Below, piece by piece: positions 17,451 through 26,123 of a stretch of 64,000 nucleotides of DNA. Both the position numbers and the translations under genes were made by a program. The stretch comes from Gammaproteobacteria bacterium. Its GTDB lineage: Bacteria; Pseudomonadota; Gammaproteobacteria; DSM-16500. Under the pieces are notes generated by a model. The model did not search any database. It was given only the letters and a program-made list of their open reading frames with translations, and was not told the origin of the DNA. The stretch spans positions 2,390-66,389 of the forward strand of contig JABDBK010000002.1 of NCBI GenBank assembly GCA_013288655.1. Direction: 5' to 3'. Within the stretch, counting starts at the first letter, position 1, and every line of letters starts with the position of its first letter.

Positions 17451-19439
17451 ATGAAACATGTTGTTCGCGTACTGACCGTACTTTCTATTTATATCTTTTT
17501 AAATCACAGTTTTGCCGATACTAAAAAAGTCATGATACCTGAAACATCAGGCGTCATTCCTGTTATTGCCCCCGAAGAAAAACCCCGAGCAAGCCGCTTA
17601 TGGAACCTACAAGATGCAGATATTTTGAGTATCATTAATGAAGTGTCTCGTGAAACCGGAAAAAACTTTATCGTTGACCCTAAAGTCAGCGGCAAAATTT
17701 CGCTAATTTCCAGTAAACCGATTAGACCCAGTGAAGTCTATCAACTTTTTTTATCGGTCCTGGAATTACTGGGTTATTCCGCTATTCCTAACGGCAATGT
17801 CATCAAAATTGTGCCCAACATGGAAAGTGCAGAAATAGCTGGCAAAGTTGCCTCCCGTCGATCTCCAGGCAAAGGCGATGAAGTCGTAGTTAGGGTTTTC
17901 CCTCTGGAAAATGTCAATGCAAGCCAACTCATTCCTATCATAAGGCCCTTACTACCTCAGTGGAGCAATGTCTCTGCATATACGCCAGGCAATGTGCTCA
18001 TTATTTTAGGTAGAGCGGCTAATTTAAAGCGTATTGATGAAATCATTCGTGATGTTGACAGGGCATCCAATTCTGAAATCGATATTATTCCATTACGACA
18101 AACCTCTGCAGCGCAACTTGCGACCGTTATTACCAATTTGCAAAATGCTGCGCGTGCGAGCGGCGACACGCCATTGGTTTCTATCGCACCGGATGAACGC
18201 AGCAATAGCATCTTGGTCAGCGGGAATAAAGCAGCGCGCTTACGCACACGCTTTTTAATTTCACAACTCGATGTTCCAAGTGCAGGTGCGCAAGGAAATA
18301 CACAAGTTATTTATTTACGCTATTTGCAAGCCAAGGATTTTGCGCCTATCTTAGGAAAAATAGCACAAAATATTATGAATAAAGATGGGAGCGGAGGAGG
18401 CAGCGCAGTCGTCAGCTATCCTGCTTCCGGGAACAACGGATCCTCCAGCAAAGTCACCGTAGATAACCAAACGAGTATTCAAGCTGAACCTAACACAAAT
18501 GCGGTAGTGATCACAGCACCCCCGCGTATGATGACAGCCTTGACCTCTGTTATTTCAAAACTCGATATTCGTCCCGCACAAGTCTTGGTCGAAGGCATTA
18601 TCGTTGAAATCGATCAAGATGATACCAAGAACCTGGGCATACAATGGGGATCTTTAGCAAGCGCGGGCCACGAAGCAAATCTCGTAGCCGGTGGATTTAA
18701 TCCATTAGGACTCGGCTCAGTAGGTATTATTCCAGGCACGCAAATTCAAGCTATTTTAGGTATTTTACAACAAAAATCAGGCGTAGATATTTTATCCACG
18801 CCTTCTATTGTGGTACTTGATAACCAGAAAGCAACCTTGGCTGTAGGCCAACAAGTTACCGATCAAACCGGTTCTTATGCCACCACAGGTAATGCCACCA
18901 CGGCGACGCCATTTAACACATTTAATCGACTTAATGTTGAACTCAAGTTAGAAGTCACACCACAAATCAACTTGGGCGATGCGGTCCGTTTAAAAATTGT
19001 TTTGAAAAATGACACTCTCAAAAATCCTGAAAATCCAGGACTGAACCCTACCGTTAATACAAGTCAAATTACTAACTCAGTGATAGTAAACAGCAAAGAT
19101 ATTTTAGTGTTGGGCGGCTTGATCAGCAATAATATCACCGACAGCGTAGACAAAGTTCCTATCTTGGGCGATATACCATTTGTAGGTCTATTATTCCAAC
19201 ATAAAACGCGCCGTCTGGCAAAGAAAAACCTCATGGTATTTATTAAACCTACCATAGTACATGACAATGTTGATGCGGAATCCATTACGCATACCAAATA
19301 TGATTTAACCCGAAAAACACAAATCAAATGGCCAGAAGATTTATCTGAAGCGGGAAAACAAAAATTAGAAAATATTTTACAGCCTTGGAAAAATAACGTG
19401 AAGCTACCCAAACCTTTTGATAAAGATGAAGATCTATAA
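17451..19439 (+). CDS. gspD: Type II secretion system secretin GspD
   Basis: Signal peptide, N0-N3 domains and a C-terminal secretin domain (VPILGDIPFVGLLFQHK). Followed by gspE and gspF. Confidence 0.9.
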   Translation: MKHVVRVLTVLSIYIFLNHSFADTKKVMIPETSGVIPVIAPEEKPRASRLWNLQDADILSIINEVSRETGKNFIVDPKVSGKISLISSKPIRPSEVYQLFLSVLELLGYSAIPNGNVIKIVPNMESAEIAGKVASRRSPGKGDEVVVRVFPLENVNASQLIPIIRPLLPQWSNVSAYTPGNVLIILGRAANLKRIDEIIRDVDRASNSEIDIIPLRQTSAAQLATVITNLQNAARASGDTPLVSIAPDERSNSILVSGNKAARLRTRFLISQLDVPSAGAQGNTQVIYLRYLQAKDFAPILGKIAQNIMNKDGSGGGSAVVSYPASGNNGSSSKVTVDNQTSIQAEPNTNAVVITAPPRMMTALTSVISKLDIRPAQVLVEGIIVEIDQDDTKNLGIQWGSLASAGHEANLVAGGFNPLGLGSVGIIPGTQIQAILGILQQKSGVDILSTPSIVVLDNQKATLAVGQQVTDQTGSYATTGNATTATPFNTFNRLNVELKLEVTPQINLGDAVRLKIVLKNDTLKNPENPGLNPTVNTSQITNSVIVNSKDILVLGGLISNNITDSVDKVPILGDIPFVGLLFQHKTRRLAKKNLMVFIKPTIVHDNVDAESITHTKYDLTRKTQIKWPEDLSEAGKQKLENILQPWKNNVKLPKPFDKDEDL

Positions 19440-20920
19440 TGGAGAACGATAAACCACATAAACTGCCTTTTTCATTTGCCAAACGTTATGGCGTACTCAT
19501 CACGCAAGTTGATAGTGATAAAGCAACGGTTGTGTATTGCAATAAACCTAGCATAGCTATATTGAGTGAATTAAGACGGTATTTGACTGTTCCTATCGCA
19601 TTAGAACACATCGATGAAGATAGCTTCAGTAAATTTTTGGTGAAACATTACGAAACCGATACCAGTACCGCTATGCAGATGGCAGAAGACATGGGTGGTT
19701 CCATGAATTTATTTGACTTAATACATGAACTACCTAAACCCGAAGATTTGCTCGAAAAACAAGATGATGCGCCCATTATACGCCTATTAAATGCACTTTT
19801 AAGCGAAGCGATCAAAGATGCTGCGTCTGATGTACACATTGAAACCTTCGAGAACCATATTAGCATTCGCTTTCGTGTCGATGGCGTATTACGCGAAGTG
19901 CTGGAACCGCAGCGTATTTTGGCACCTCTGATTGTGTCTCGTATTAAAATCATGGCCAAACTCGATATTGCCGAAAAACGTTTACCACAAGATGGCCGCA
20001 TTACGTTGCGTATTGCGGGCCGTGCTGTTGACGTACGTGTTTCTACCATGCCAACCAGTCATGGTGAGCGTGTCGTCTTACGTTTACTGGATAAACAAAA
20101 TGCGCGGCTTGATTTAGAACAACTGGGCATGGAGCCAATTAGTTTCGCCCTTATGAAAAAATTGATCGCCATTCCTCACGGTATTATTTTAGTCACAGGG
20201 CCCACAGGTTCGGGTAAAACTACAACACTATATGCCGCACTCACCTCGCTTAATAATAATACGCGAAACATTTTAACCGTCGAAGATCCTATTGAATTTG
20301 ATCTTGCAGGTATAGGTCAAACCCAAGTAAATACCAAAGTAAATATGACCTTTGCCAAAGGTTTGCGAGCTATTTTGCGTCAAGATCCCGATGTCGTGAT
20401 GATTGGGGAAATTCGAGATTTAGAAACAGCACAAATTGCTATTCAAGCTAGTCTCACCGGCCATTTGGTTTTATCAACTTTACATACCAATAGTGCCATA
20501 GGTGCCATTACGCGTTTAGATGATATGGGCATAGAACCTTTTCTTATTTCATCCAGCTTAATAGGCGTGTTAGCGCAACGACTGATACGTTTATTATGCA
20601 AAGCATGTAAAAAACCTGTCATAGCTTCCGAACACGAATGTGTCATTTTAGGTGTTGACCACGCATCACCCCCGACGATTTATCGCCCGCAAAGCTGTGC
20701 TTCATGCAGAAACAGCGGTTATAGCAGCCGCAGCGGTGTTTACGAACTTATTGCTATCGATGACAGCTTACGCGCCATGATACATAGCCAAGCATCCGAA
20801 CAAGATATAAAAAAATATGCGCGCACCTTATTCCCGAGCATTCGTCAAGATGGTCTTAGAAGGGTCTTGGCGGGCGATACTTCACTTGAAGAAGTGTTAC
20901 GCGTCACCAGTGAGGATTAG
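19439..20920 (+). CDS. gspE: Type II secretion system ATPase GspE
   Basis: Walker A GPTGSGKTTT, Asp/His boxes and a tetracysteine motif CKACKKP...CASCRNSGY. ATG overlaps the gspD stop. Confidence 0.95.
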   Translation: MENDKPHKLPFSFAKRYGVLITQVDSDKATVVYCNKPSIAILSELRRYLTVPIALEHIDEDSFSKFLVKHYETDTSTAMQMAEDMGGSMNLFDLIHELPKPEDLLEKQDDAPIIRLLNALLSEAIKDAASDVHIETFENHISIRFRVDGVLREVLEPQRILAPLIVSRIKIMAKLDIAEKRLPQDGRITLRIAGRAVDVRVSTMPTSHGERVVLRLLDKQNARLDLEQLGMEPISFALMKKLIAIPHGIILVTGPTGSGKTTTLYAALTSLNNNTRNILTVEDPIEFDLAGIGQTQVNTKVNMTFAKGLRAILRQDPDVVMIGEIRDLETAQIAIQASLTGHLVLSTLHTNSAIGAITRLDDMGIEPFLISSSLIGVLAQRLIRLLCKACKKPVIASEHECVILGVDHASPPTIYRPQSCASCRNSGYSSRSGVYELIAIDDSLRAMIHSQASEQDIKKYARTLFPSIRQDGLRRVLAGDTSLEEVLRVTSED

Positions 20921-20923
20921 CTT

Positions 20924-22141
20924 ATGTCTGCTTTTCAATACCATGCATTAAACTCAAAAGGTGTCACACAAAAAGGCGTGGTTGAAGCGGATTCTATCAA
21001 ACATGCAAGACAATTATTACGTGAACAAAGTTTAACGGTACTCGATGTACAGCTTGCACAACAAAAAATTTCCCAATTTAAAACAAAAATCTTTGGTAGA
21101 CCGACAATCCACGTCAAAGAGCTCGCCTTAATGACACGTCAACTCGCAACCCTGGTTGCTGCAGGCTTGCCTATTGAGGAAGTTTTATCGGCCGTTGCCG
21201 AACAAACGGAAAAAACACGTACCAAAGGTCTCATTTTGGCAGTTCGCAGTAAAGTGTTAGAAGGGTATTCGCTTGCGGGAGCCTTAGGTGACTATCCACA
21301 GGCTTTTTCTGAATTGTATTGTTCAACAGTGGCCGCAGGTGAAAAATCCGGTCACTTGGATATCGTACTTCAACGTCTGGCAGATTACACAGAACAACAA
21401 TTTCAAATGAAGCAAAAAATTCAACAAGCCTTGATTTATCCTTCTATCATGGTATTAGTCGCCATCGGTATAGTAGGCTTTTTATTAGAATTTGTTGTAC
21501 CTAAAATGGTATCGGTTTATAGCAATATCGGCCAAGAACTTCCAGGCATGACACAATTTCTCATCGCATTAAGCGCCAACTTAAAACAATATGGTGTCTA
21601 TGTGTTAATGCTTTTAGCTTTGGTGATGTTTGTCTTTAAACGAAACATGAAAAGCAATATTGTTTTCCGCACCCGTGTGCATCATTTATGGATACGCATG
21701 CCTGTCATCGGAAACGCTATCAAAGTGGTCAATACTGCACGTTTTTCACGGACCTTTGCCATTCTTTCACAAGCTGGCGTGCCTGTCCTGGAAGCCATGA
21801 ATATTTCTTCTAAATTGATTACCAATTTACCCATTCGAAACGCTGTTCTCGAAGCATGCAATCGTGTGCGTGAAGGTGCGAATATTCATTTAGCACTTAA
21901 GCAAACGACTTTTTTTCCACCTATGAGCATACATTTGATTGCAAGCGGCGAAGCCAGTGGTCAACTCGAAAATATGTTAGAGCGTGCAGCAAACAATCAA
22001 GATGCCGAAATTACTCGCTTGATTGAAACCACACTTGCATTATTTGAACCGGCTATTATTTTGATTATGGGTGCGATTGTTTTGTTTATTGTGCTTGCTA
22101 TTTTATTACCTATCTTCCAGTTGGATCAGTTTACGGGTTAG
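20924..22141 (+). CDS. gspF: Type II secretion system inner-membrane platform GspF
   Basis: 405 aa with a duplicated GspF domain and three TM segments. Opens with MSAFQYHALNSKG, typical of the family. Confidence 0.95.
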   Translation: MSAFQYHALNSKGVTQKGVVEADSIKHARQLLREQSLTVLDVQLAQQKISQFKTKIFGRPTIHVKELALMTRQLATLVAAGLPIEEVLSAVAEQTEKTRTKGLILAVRSKVLEGYSLAGALGDYPQAFSELYCSTVAAGEKSGHLDIVLQRLADYTEQQFQMKQKIQQALIYPSIMVLVAIGIVGFLLEFVVPKMVSVYSNIGQELPGMTQFLIALSANLKQYGVYVLMLLALVMFVFKRNMKSNIVFRTRVHHLWIRMPVIGNAIKVVNTARFSRTFAILSQAGVPVLEAMNISSKLITNLPIRNAVLEACNRVREGANIHLALKQTTFFPPMSIHLIASGEASGQLENMLERAANNQDAEITRLIETTLALFEPAIILIMGAIVLFIVLAILLPIFQLDQFTG

Positions 22142-22152
22142 CCGAACCCGCG

Positions 22153-22434
22153 TTACTTATTTTGATGAGGGTGTGTATTTATATAAGCCTTTAAAATAGC
22201 ATTTATTCTAGACTGATAACCTTTGCCCTCTTCTCTAAAATAATTAATGATATTCTCATCTAATCGCAATGAAATATGCACTTTATGTTGCGGCATAAAT
22301 ATCTTAGCATCCTCCCAAAACTCTTTAGTGGTGGCAGGATTATCTTTATAATTTATATTTGTATCGTTTGTTTGACGCAATTTGGTTATATTAGTTTTGC
22401 TGCGTGAACTTTTCTTGATAGACTTTGCGTTCAT
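22153..22434 (-). CDS. brnA: BrnA-type antitoxin
   Basis: 93 aa with a C-terminal GKGYQSRINAILKAYI RHH-like motif typical of BrnA. Overlaps the 3' end of brnT. Confidence 0.75.
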   Translation of the reverse strand: MNAKSIKKSSRSKTNITKLRQTNDTNINYKDNPATTKEFWEDAKIFMPQHKVHISLRLDENIINYFREEGKGYQSRINAILKAYINTHPHQNK

Positions 22435-22672
22435 TTTTGTTTGCCCTCCTGATTGATATCACACGAATATTATTACCGCGTTTTGTGAAAACAATGACTA
22501 TCACAGCCCCAAATAGTAAACCCAATCCTACCAAACGCTCCTCACCATAATCTTTTCGTGTATCAATCTTGATTAACATCGGATGTTCAAATATCAAACA
22601 AGCATCACGAAAATCAATCTCGTGACGCCGTATATTCGTTTTATTCTTATTTTCATCTCATTCGAATTTCAT
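22391..22672 (-). pseudogene. brnT: BrnT-family toxin gene with an in-frame TGA at codon 5
   Basis: The minus strand from 22672 reads ATG AAA TTC GAA TGA GAT GAA AAT AAG..., giving MKFE*DENKNKTNIRRHEIDFRDACLIFEHP... in the same frame as the 68-aa ORF. The stop replaces the conserved Trp of the BrnT FEWD motif. Confidence 0.75.
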
Positions 22673-22679
22673 ATTTATA

Positions 22680-22699
22680 GTATATACGATTGTATATAC
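22680..22699 (-). promoter_or_regulatory. Two palindromic GTATATAC boxes; candidate brnTA operator/promoter
   Basis: Boxes at 22680-22687 and 22692-22699, directly upstream of the brnT ATG. Confidence 0.4.
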
Positions 22700-22756
22700 A
22701 AATCAAGGGCTTTTTCAATAAACAATAAACAAAATTAATTAGACTCAATAAAGATT

Positions 22757-23536
22757 CTACTCAATAATATCCAAACCCATCCCACCAAACACTTGCTCTA
22801 TGGTTTCATCCGCAGCATCAGCAAGTGTATAACCTGTTTGACCAAACCAACGCTTGATGGCAACTAACTCACGACCGCGTAAATAAATATAAAATGCCAA
22901 AAACACCACATCCATATCTTCTGTACCTGTCAGCTCAAAAACATAACGCTCGGCATAAGGTAATCGCTTCGTGGCTTCGGACCGTGTGTACTCTGATAAA
23001 ATTTTAAATGCAAGTTCAGGACTTTCTGCTGATTCGCAACGCGTTTTAACTTTGTGATAATCTTCTATACGCTGATTCATGATGCGATCTAATTCGTCAT
23101 CTTTAAATAACTCAGTAAAACCATGCGGCAAGCGTTCATCCAAGGCAAAAACCTTGTTAATAAAATCAGCCGACATAATTTTCAAAATCTCTTGACTGGG
23201 AACCATACGATGAAAAAAAGGCACAGCAAGACAAGCACGCTTAAAAGATGGCAAACTAAACGAGATTTTATCATCACGCAAACTAATCGTACCTAATCGA
23301 ATAGGAAGATCGGGATTTTTTCGAAAGGAATCGACGGATTCAAAATGTTGATCATCACATTCTCCCTTCCAATACCAACTCCATGAGTTATTCGATGCGT
23401 TTTTTTGGATGCATTGCAGATTTTCGAGTGCTTGAATAAGACCATCCGCTTGATGCGTTTCATAAGTCAAGCGGACAGGTTGGTAGGCTTCGCCGGTTTC
23501 AACCGTTAAAAATGGTCTTTGTAACCGGTCGAACAT
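22757..23536 (-). CDS. Hypothetical 259-aa protein (orphan)
   Basis: Long ORF with an AGGAG Shine-Dalgarno 7 nt upstream. No signal peptide or TM segment, and no family recognised. C-terminus is acidic. Confidence 0.5.
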   Translation of the reverse strand: MFDRLQRPFLTVETGEAYQPVRLTYETHQADGLIQALENLQCIQKNASNNSWSWYWKGECDDQHFESVDSFRKNPDLPIRLGTISLRDDKISFSLPSFKRACLAVPFFHRMVPSQEILKIMSADFINKVFALDERLPHGFTELFKDDELDRIMNQRIEDYHKVKTRCESAESPELAFKILSEYTRSEATKRLPYAERYVFELTGTEDMDVVFLAFYIYLRGRELVAIKRWFGQTGYTLADAADETIEQVFGGMGLDIIE

Positions 23537-23557
23537 ATCTCTCTCCTAGTGATATTC

Positions 23558-23776
23558 TTATTTAGGTTTTATAGTTTTTGGTTCAATATCAAGCGATTTT
23601 TCTGGCCCTGTTTTCTTTAGGAGACCCATATTCAAATTATTATATTGTTTAATCATTTTATCCATGGCACTTTCTATTGCGCAATCAGTCATGGCCTTAA
23701 TCGTATCGGCAAATGCTTTACTTAACTGAGTTGCAGCTCCATATGTTGCTGCTTTCATTTCTTCTATATTTGACAT
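23558..23776 (-). CDS. Hypothetical 72-aa helical protein
   Basis: ORF with a GAGGTGGG Shine-Dalgarno upstream, 21 nt upstream of the 259-aa gene. No family recognised. Confidence 0.4.
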   Translation of the reverse strand: MSNIEEMKAATYGAATQLSKAFADTIKAMTDCAIESAMDKMIKQYNNLNMGLLKKTGPEKSLDIEPKTIKPK

Positions 23777-23916
23777 ACACCCACCTCATTACTCTAACTA
23801 AATCCATTAATATTTAATGTGTATATTTTAACCAATTCTAACAAAAATAGCAAAACAATCTCATTCCCAGTATTACAAAAAACTCTGACTTTCTCCATAG
23901 ATTATTATTTTAAATA

Positions 23917-24126
23917 TCATTTTTTATTTTTTGGCGTCATTTTATTCTCATTAATCAATGACTTCTGATTGAGTTGTTTATCCACCATTTCCTCAAGAAT
24001 CAAAGCAATCAAATCAGGGGCTAATCCTAATTTAGTCAATTCATTCAAAGCCTTACGGCTATCTGACCCCATCGATGCGATAAAAAGCTCTCTTAAGGCT
24101 GTATTTTCGCCATCTGTCTTTCTCAT
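23917..24126 (-). CDS. Hypothetical 69-aa protein
   Basis: The internal ATG 24126 has a GGGGAG Shine-Dalgarno 8 nt upstream. The longer track ORF (to 24228) would overlap the gspG start. No family recognised. Confidence 0.35.
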   Translation of the reverse strand: MRKTDGENTALRELFIASMGSDSRKALNELTKLGLAPDLIALILEEMVDKQLNQKSLINENKMTPKNKK

Positions 24127-24154
24127 GCTAAATCTCCCCGCCCCATAATATGGC

Positions 24155-24183
24155 TTAATACTCGATTCTACTTCTAGTATAAT
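24155..24183 (+). promoter_or_regulatory. Candidate sigma70 promoter for gspG-M (TTAATA-17 nt-TATAAT)
   Basis: Perfect -10 TATAAT at 24178-24183. A 4/6 -35 element at 24155-24160 with 17-nt spacing, ~38 nt upstream of the gspG ATG. Confidence 0.35.
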
Positions 24184-24220
24184 GGATTCCTTAAATAAAA
24201 GGTAAAAAAGGTATTGTTTT

Positions 24221-24661
24221 ATGCACAAATCACGTTATATTGCACAAAAAATGAATGGATTTACTCTGATAGAAGTTATGGTAGTTGTGGTGATTTTAGG
24301 TATTTTAGCCGCTGTTGTCGTACCCAAAATCATGAGCCGACCCGAACAAGCCCGCATCGTTAAAGTCAAACAAGATATTTTAGCCATACAAAGCGCTTTA
24401 GACCTTTATAAATTAGACAATGGCTACTATCCATCTACCGACCAAGGATTACAGGCGCTTGTGAGTAAACCCACCTCCGATCCCATGCCTCGCAATTGGA
24501 AATCCGATGGTTATTTACAACAATTACCTGCTGATCCATGGGGACAATCGTATCAATATATCAATGATAACGAAAAACTTCGTATATTCAGTTATGGCGC
24601 CAAAGGCAAAGATGGCAACAGCGAAATAAGCAATCTAAATATGGATCATGAAAATACATGA
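24221..24661 (+). CDS. gspG: Type II secretion major pseudopilin GspG
   Basis: Prepilin leader ending in G|FTLIEVMVVVVILGILAA, and a conserved GspG body (RPEQARIVKVKQDI...LDNGYYPST.QGLQAL). Confidence 0.9.
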   Translation: MHKSRYIAQKMNGFTLIEVMVVVVILGILAAVVVPKIMSRPEQARIVKVKQDILAIQSALDLYKLDNGYYPSTDQGLQALVSKPTSDPMPRNWKSDGYLQQLPADPWGQSYQYINDNEKLRIFSYGAKGKDGNSEISNLNMDHENT

Positions 24662-25164
24662 TTGTTCATGCACGAAGGAGGGTGAAGGGATTCACTCTCA
24701 TCGAAATCCTTATCGTCATCGTCATCATTAGTATCGTGTCTGGTGTTGCACTGGTCACTCTTTCAAGCAATAAAACCAAACAATTAGAGAACCTTGCCAA
24801 ACAACTCACGCATTTGATCACTTTGGCTGAGTCAGAAGCCATGTTACAACCTTGCACCCTAGGATTAGCATTTTATCATCATAGTTTTCAATTTTTTAAC
24901 TATAAGCCTCATGAAAAAAATCCTTGGCAAGCCATCGTCACGGGAAGTTTAGGATTGCATAACATTCCGGAGCACGTACAACTTACCCTGCGAGTCAACG
25001 ATGAAGGTAAAGCACTCGATGGCAAACCTTATATTTTTATTTCTGAAAGTGGTGATATCACAGCTTTTACTATTACGATTGCAAGCATTGGGCACAAACC
25101 TGCTTATGTCGTTAGAGGTGATGCAAGCGGCAATGTCCAGACCGAAATCTATCATGAAAAATAA
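24658..25164 (+). CDS. gspH: Type II secretion minor pseudopilin GspH
   Basis: Prepilin-type N-terminus KGFTLIEILIVIVII. Position after gspG, with an ATGA overlap. Confidence 0.8.
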   Translation: MIVHARRRVKGFTLIEILIVIVIISIVSGVALVTLSSNKTKQLENLAKQLTHLITLAESEAMLQPCTLGLAFYHHSFQFFNYKPHEKNPWQAIVTGSLGLHNIPEHVQLTLRVNDEGKALDGKPYIFISESGDITAFTITIASIGHKPAYVVRGDASGNVQTEIYHEK

Positions 25165-25522
25165 CTCGGGTTTCACGCTTATTGAAGTCTTGGTCTCACT
25201 TGCCATTATAGGAATTGCGCTCACTGCAGTGATAAAATCCACGTCACAAAATATTAAAGATACGCAATATTTACAACAAAAAATCATTGCAAACTGGGTT
25301 GCTGCAGATATTATCAATGAAGCCAGAGCTGGGTTAATCAACTTATCTAAATCGAATGAAATTTCTGAAGAAACAGACATGCTAAATCAAATATGGATAT
25401 GGAAAGCAAATTTAGAAGACACCCCCAATCCCCGCATTAAAGCATTACATGTCACTGTTTTTCACAAAGATAATGATCAGGAATTAGCACAGCTTTCGAG
25501 TTATCTTTATGCGCAAAATTAA
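25154..25522 (+). CDS. gspI: Type II secretion minor pseudopilin GspI
   Basis: Internal ATG 25154 gives MKNNSGFTLIEVLVSLAIIGIAL, a prepilin N-terminus. Size ~122 aa. Confidence 0.85.
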   Translation: MKNNSGFTLIEVLVSLAIIGIALTAVIKSTSQNIKDTQYLQQKIIANWVAADIINEARAGLINLSKSNEISEETDMLNQIWIWKANLEDTPNPRIKALHVTVFHKDNDQELAQLSSYLYAQN

Positions 25523-26123
25523 TGGTTTTACTTTGTTAGAAGTCCTTATCGCTATCTTTATTTTTACGATCGTTTCCATCATCATGGTTTCAGGTTTACG
25601 TACTGTTTTAAACAGCCAATCTATCACCGAAAAACAAGCTGATAAGTTAACAAACTTACAGCTCACTTTATTGCTCATGTCGCGCGATATTGAACAAGCC
25701 ATTAATCGTCCTATTACAAGCGCCAAAGGTAATATAGAACCAAGCTTAATCGGCACGCCGACAAGCTTAACGTTTACCCATGCAGGTTTCGCTAATCCAG
25801 AGGGACAATTACAACGCAGCACACTGCAACGTACGCAATATTTATTAGAAAAAAACCGTTTGCTGCGCGAAACATGGCAAGTATTGGACCAAACTGCAAA
25901 AACCTTGCCTGATTCACGTATTCTGTTAGATAACTTAAGTGATTTACGTTTTGAATACCTGGATCCAAAGGGAAAATTCACTAACAACTGGCCGGAGAAT
26001 AGCCAGTCTCAATCCGCACTACCCAAAGGCATTCGCATACATCTTACGATTAAAAATTGGGGTAAAATAACGCAATTCTATCTAACACCTGTATCAGGAC
26101 AAGAAAGTGCGAAAAAAACCTAA
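25509..26123 (+). CDS. gspJ: Type II secretion minor pseudopilin GspJ
   Basis: MRKINGFTLLEVLIAIFIF prepilin N-terminus; 204 aa; operon order. Confidence 0.85.
   Translation: MRKINGFTLLEVLIAIFIFTIVSIIMVSGLRTVLNSQSITEKQADKLTNLQLTLLLMSRDIEQAINRPITSAKGNIEPSLIGTPTSLTFTHAGFANPEGQLQRSTLQRTQYLLEKNRLLRETWQVLDQTAKTLPDSRILLDNLSDLRFEYLDPKGKFTNNWPENSQSQSALPKGIRIHLTIKNWGKITQFYLTPVSGQESAKKT

Noticed and set aside
22658-22660. TGA in brnT as Trp recoding (alternative genetic code) or programmed readthrough
   Set aside because: TGA is used as an ordinary stop for many well-defined genes in this window (dotC, gspG, gspK, gspL, the 1248-aa GT, the epimerase). A simple nonsense mutation is the parsimonious reading.
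23537-23560. The 72-aa and 259-aa ORFs are in the same frame, suggesting a split gene
   Set aside because: Two stop codons (TAA and TAG) lie between them, and the 259-aa ORF has its own well-placed AGGAG Shine-Dalgarno. They are more likely two genes.
24221-24253. Alternative gspG start at the internal ATG (MNGFTLIE...)
   Set aside because: That start would leave a prepilin leader of only two residues before the cleavage Gly. The upstream ATG 24221 gives a normal basic leader (MHKSRYIAQKMNG|F).
25484-25987. Long antisense ORFs (167 aa here; also 143 aa at 24949-25380, 133 aa at 19648-20049, 131 aa at 19064-19459 and 136 aa at 7979-8389)
   Set aside because: All lie fully inside, and antisense to, confidently identified genes (gspI/J, gspH, gspE, gspD, yicC). 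They lack Shine-Dalgarno sequences and have odd compositions. This is the typical shadow-ORF effect of codon bias.
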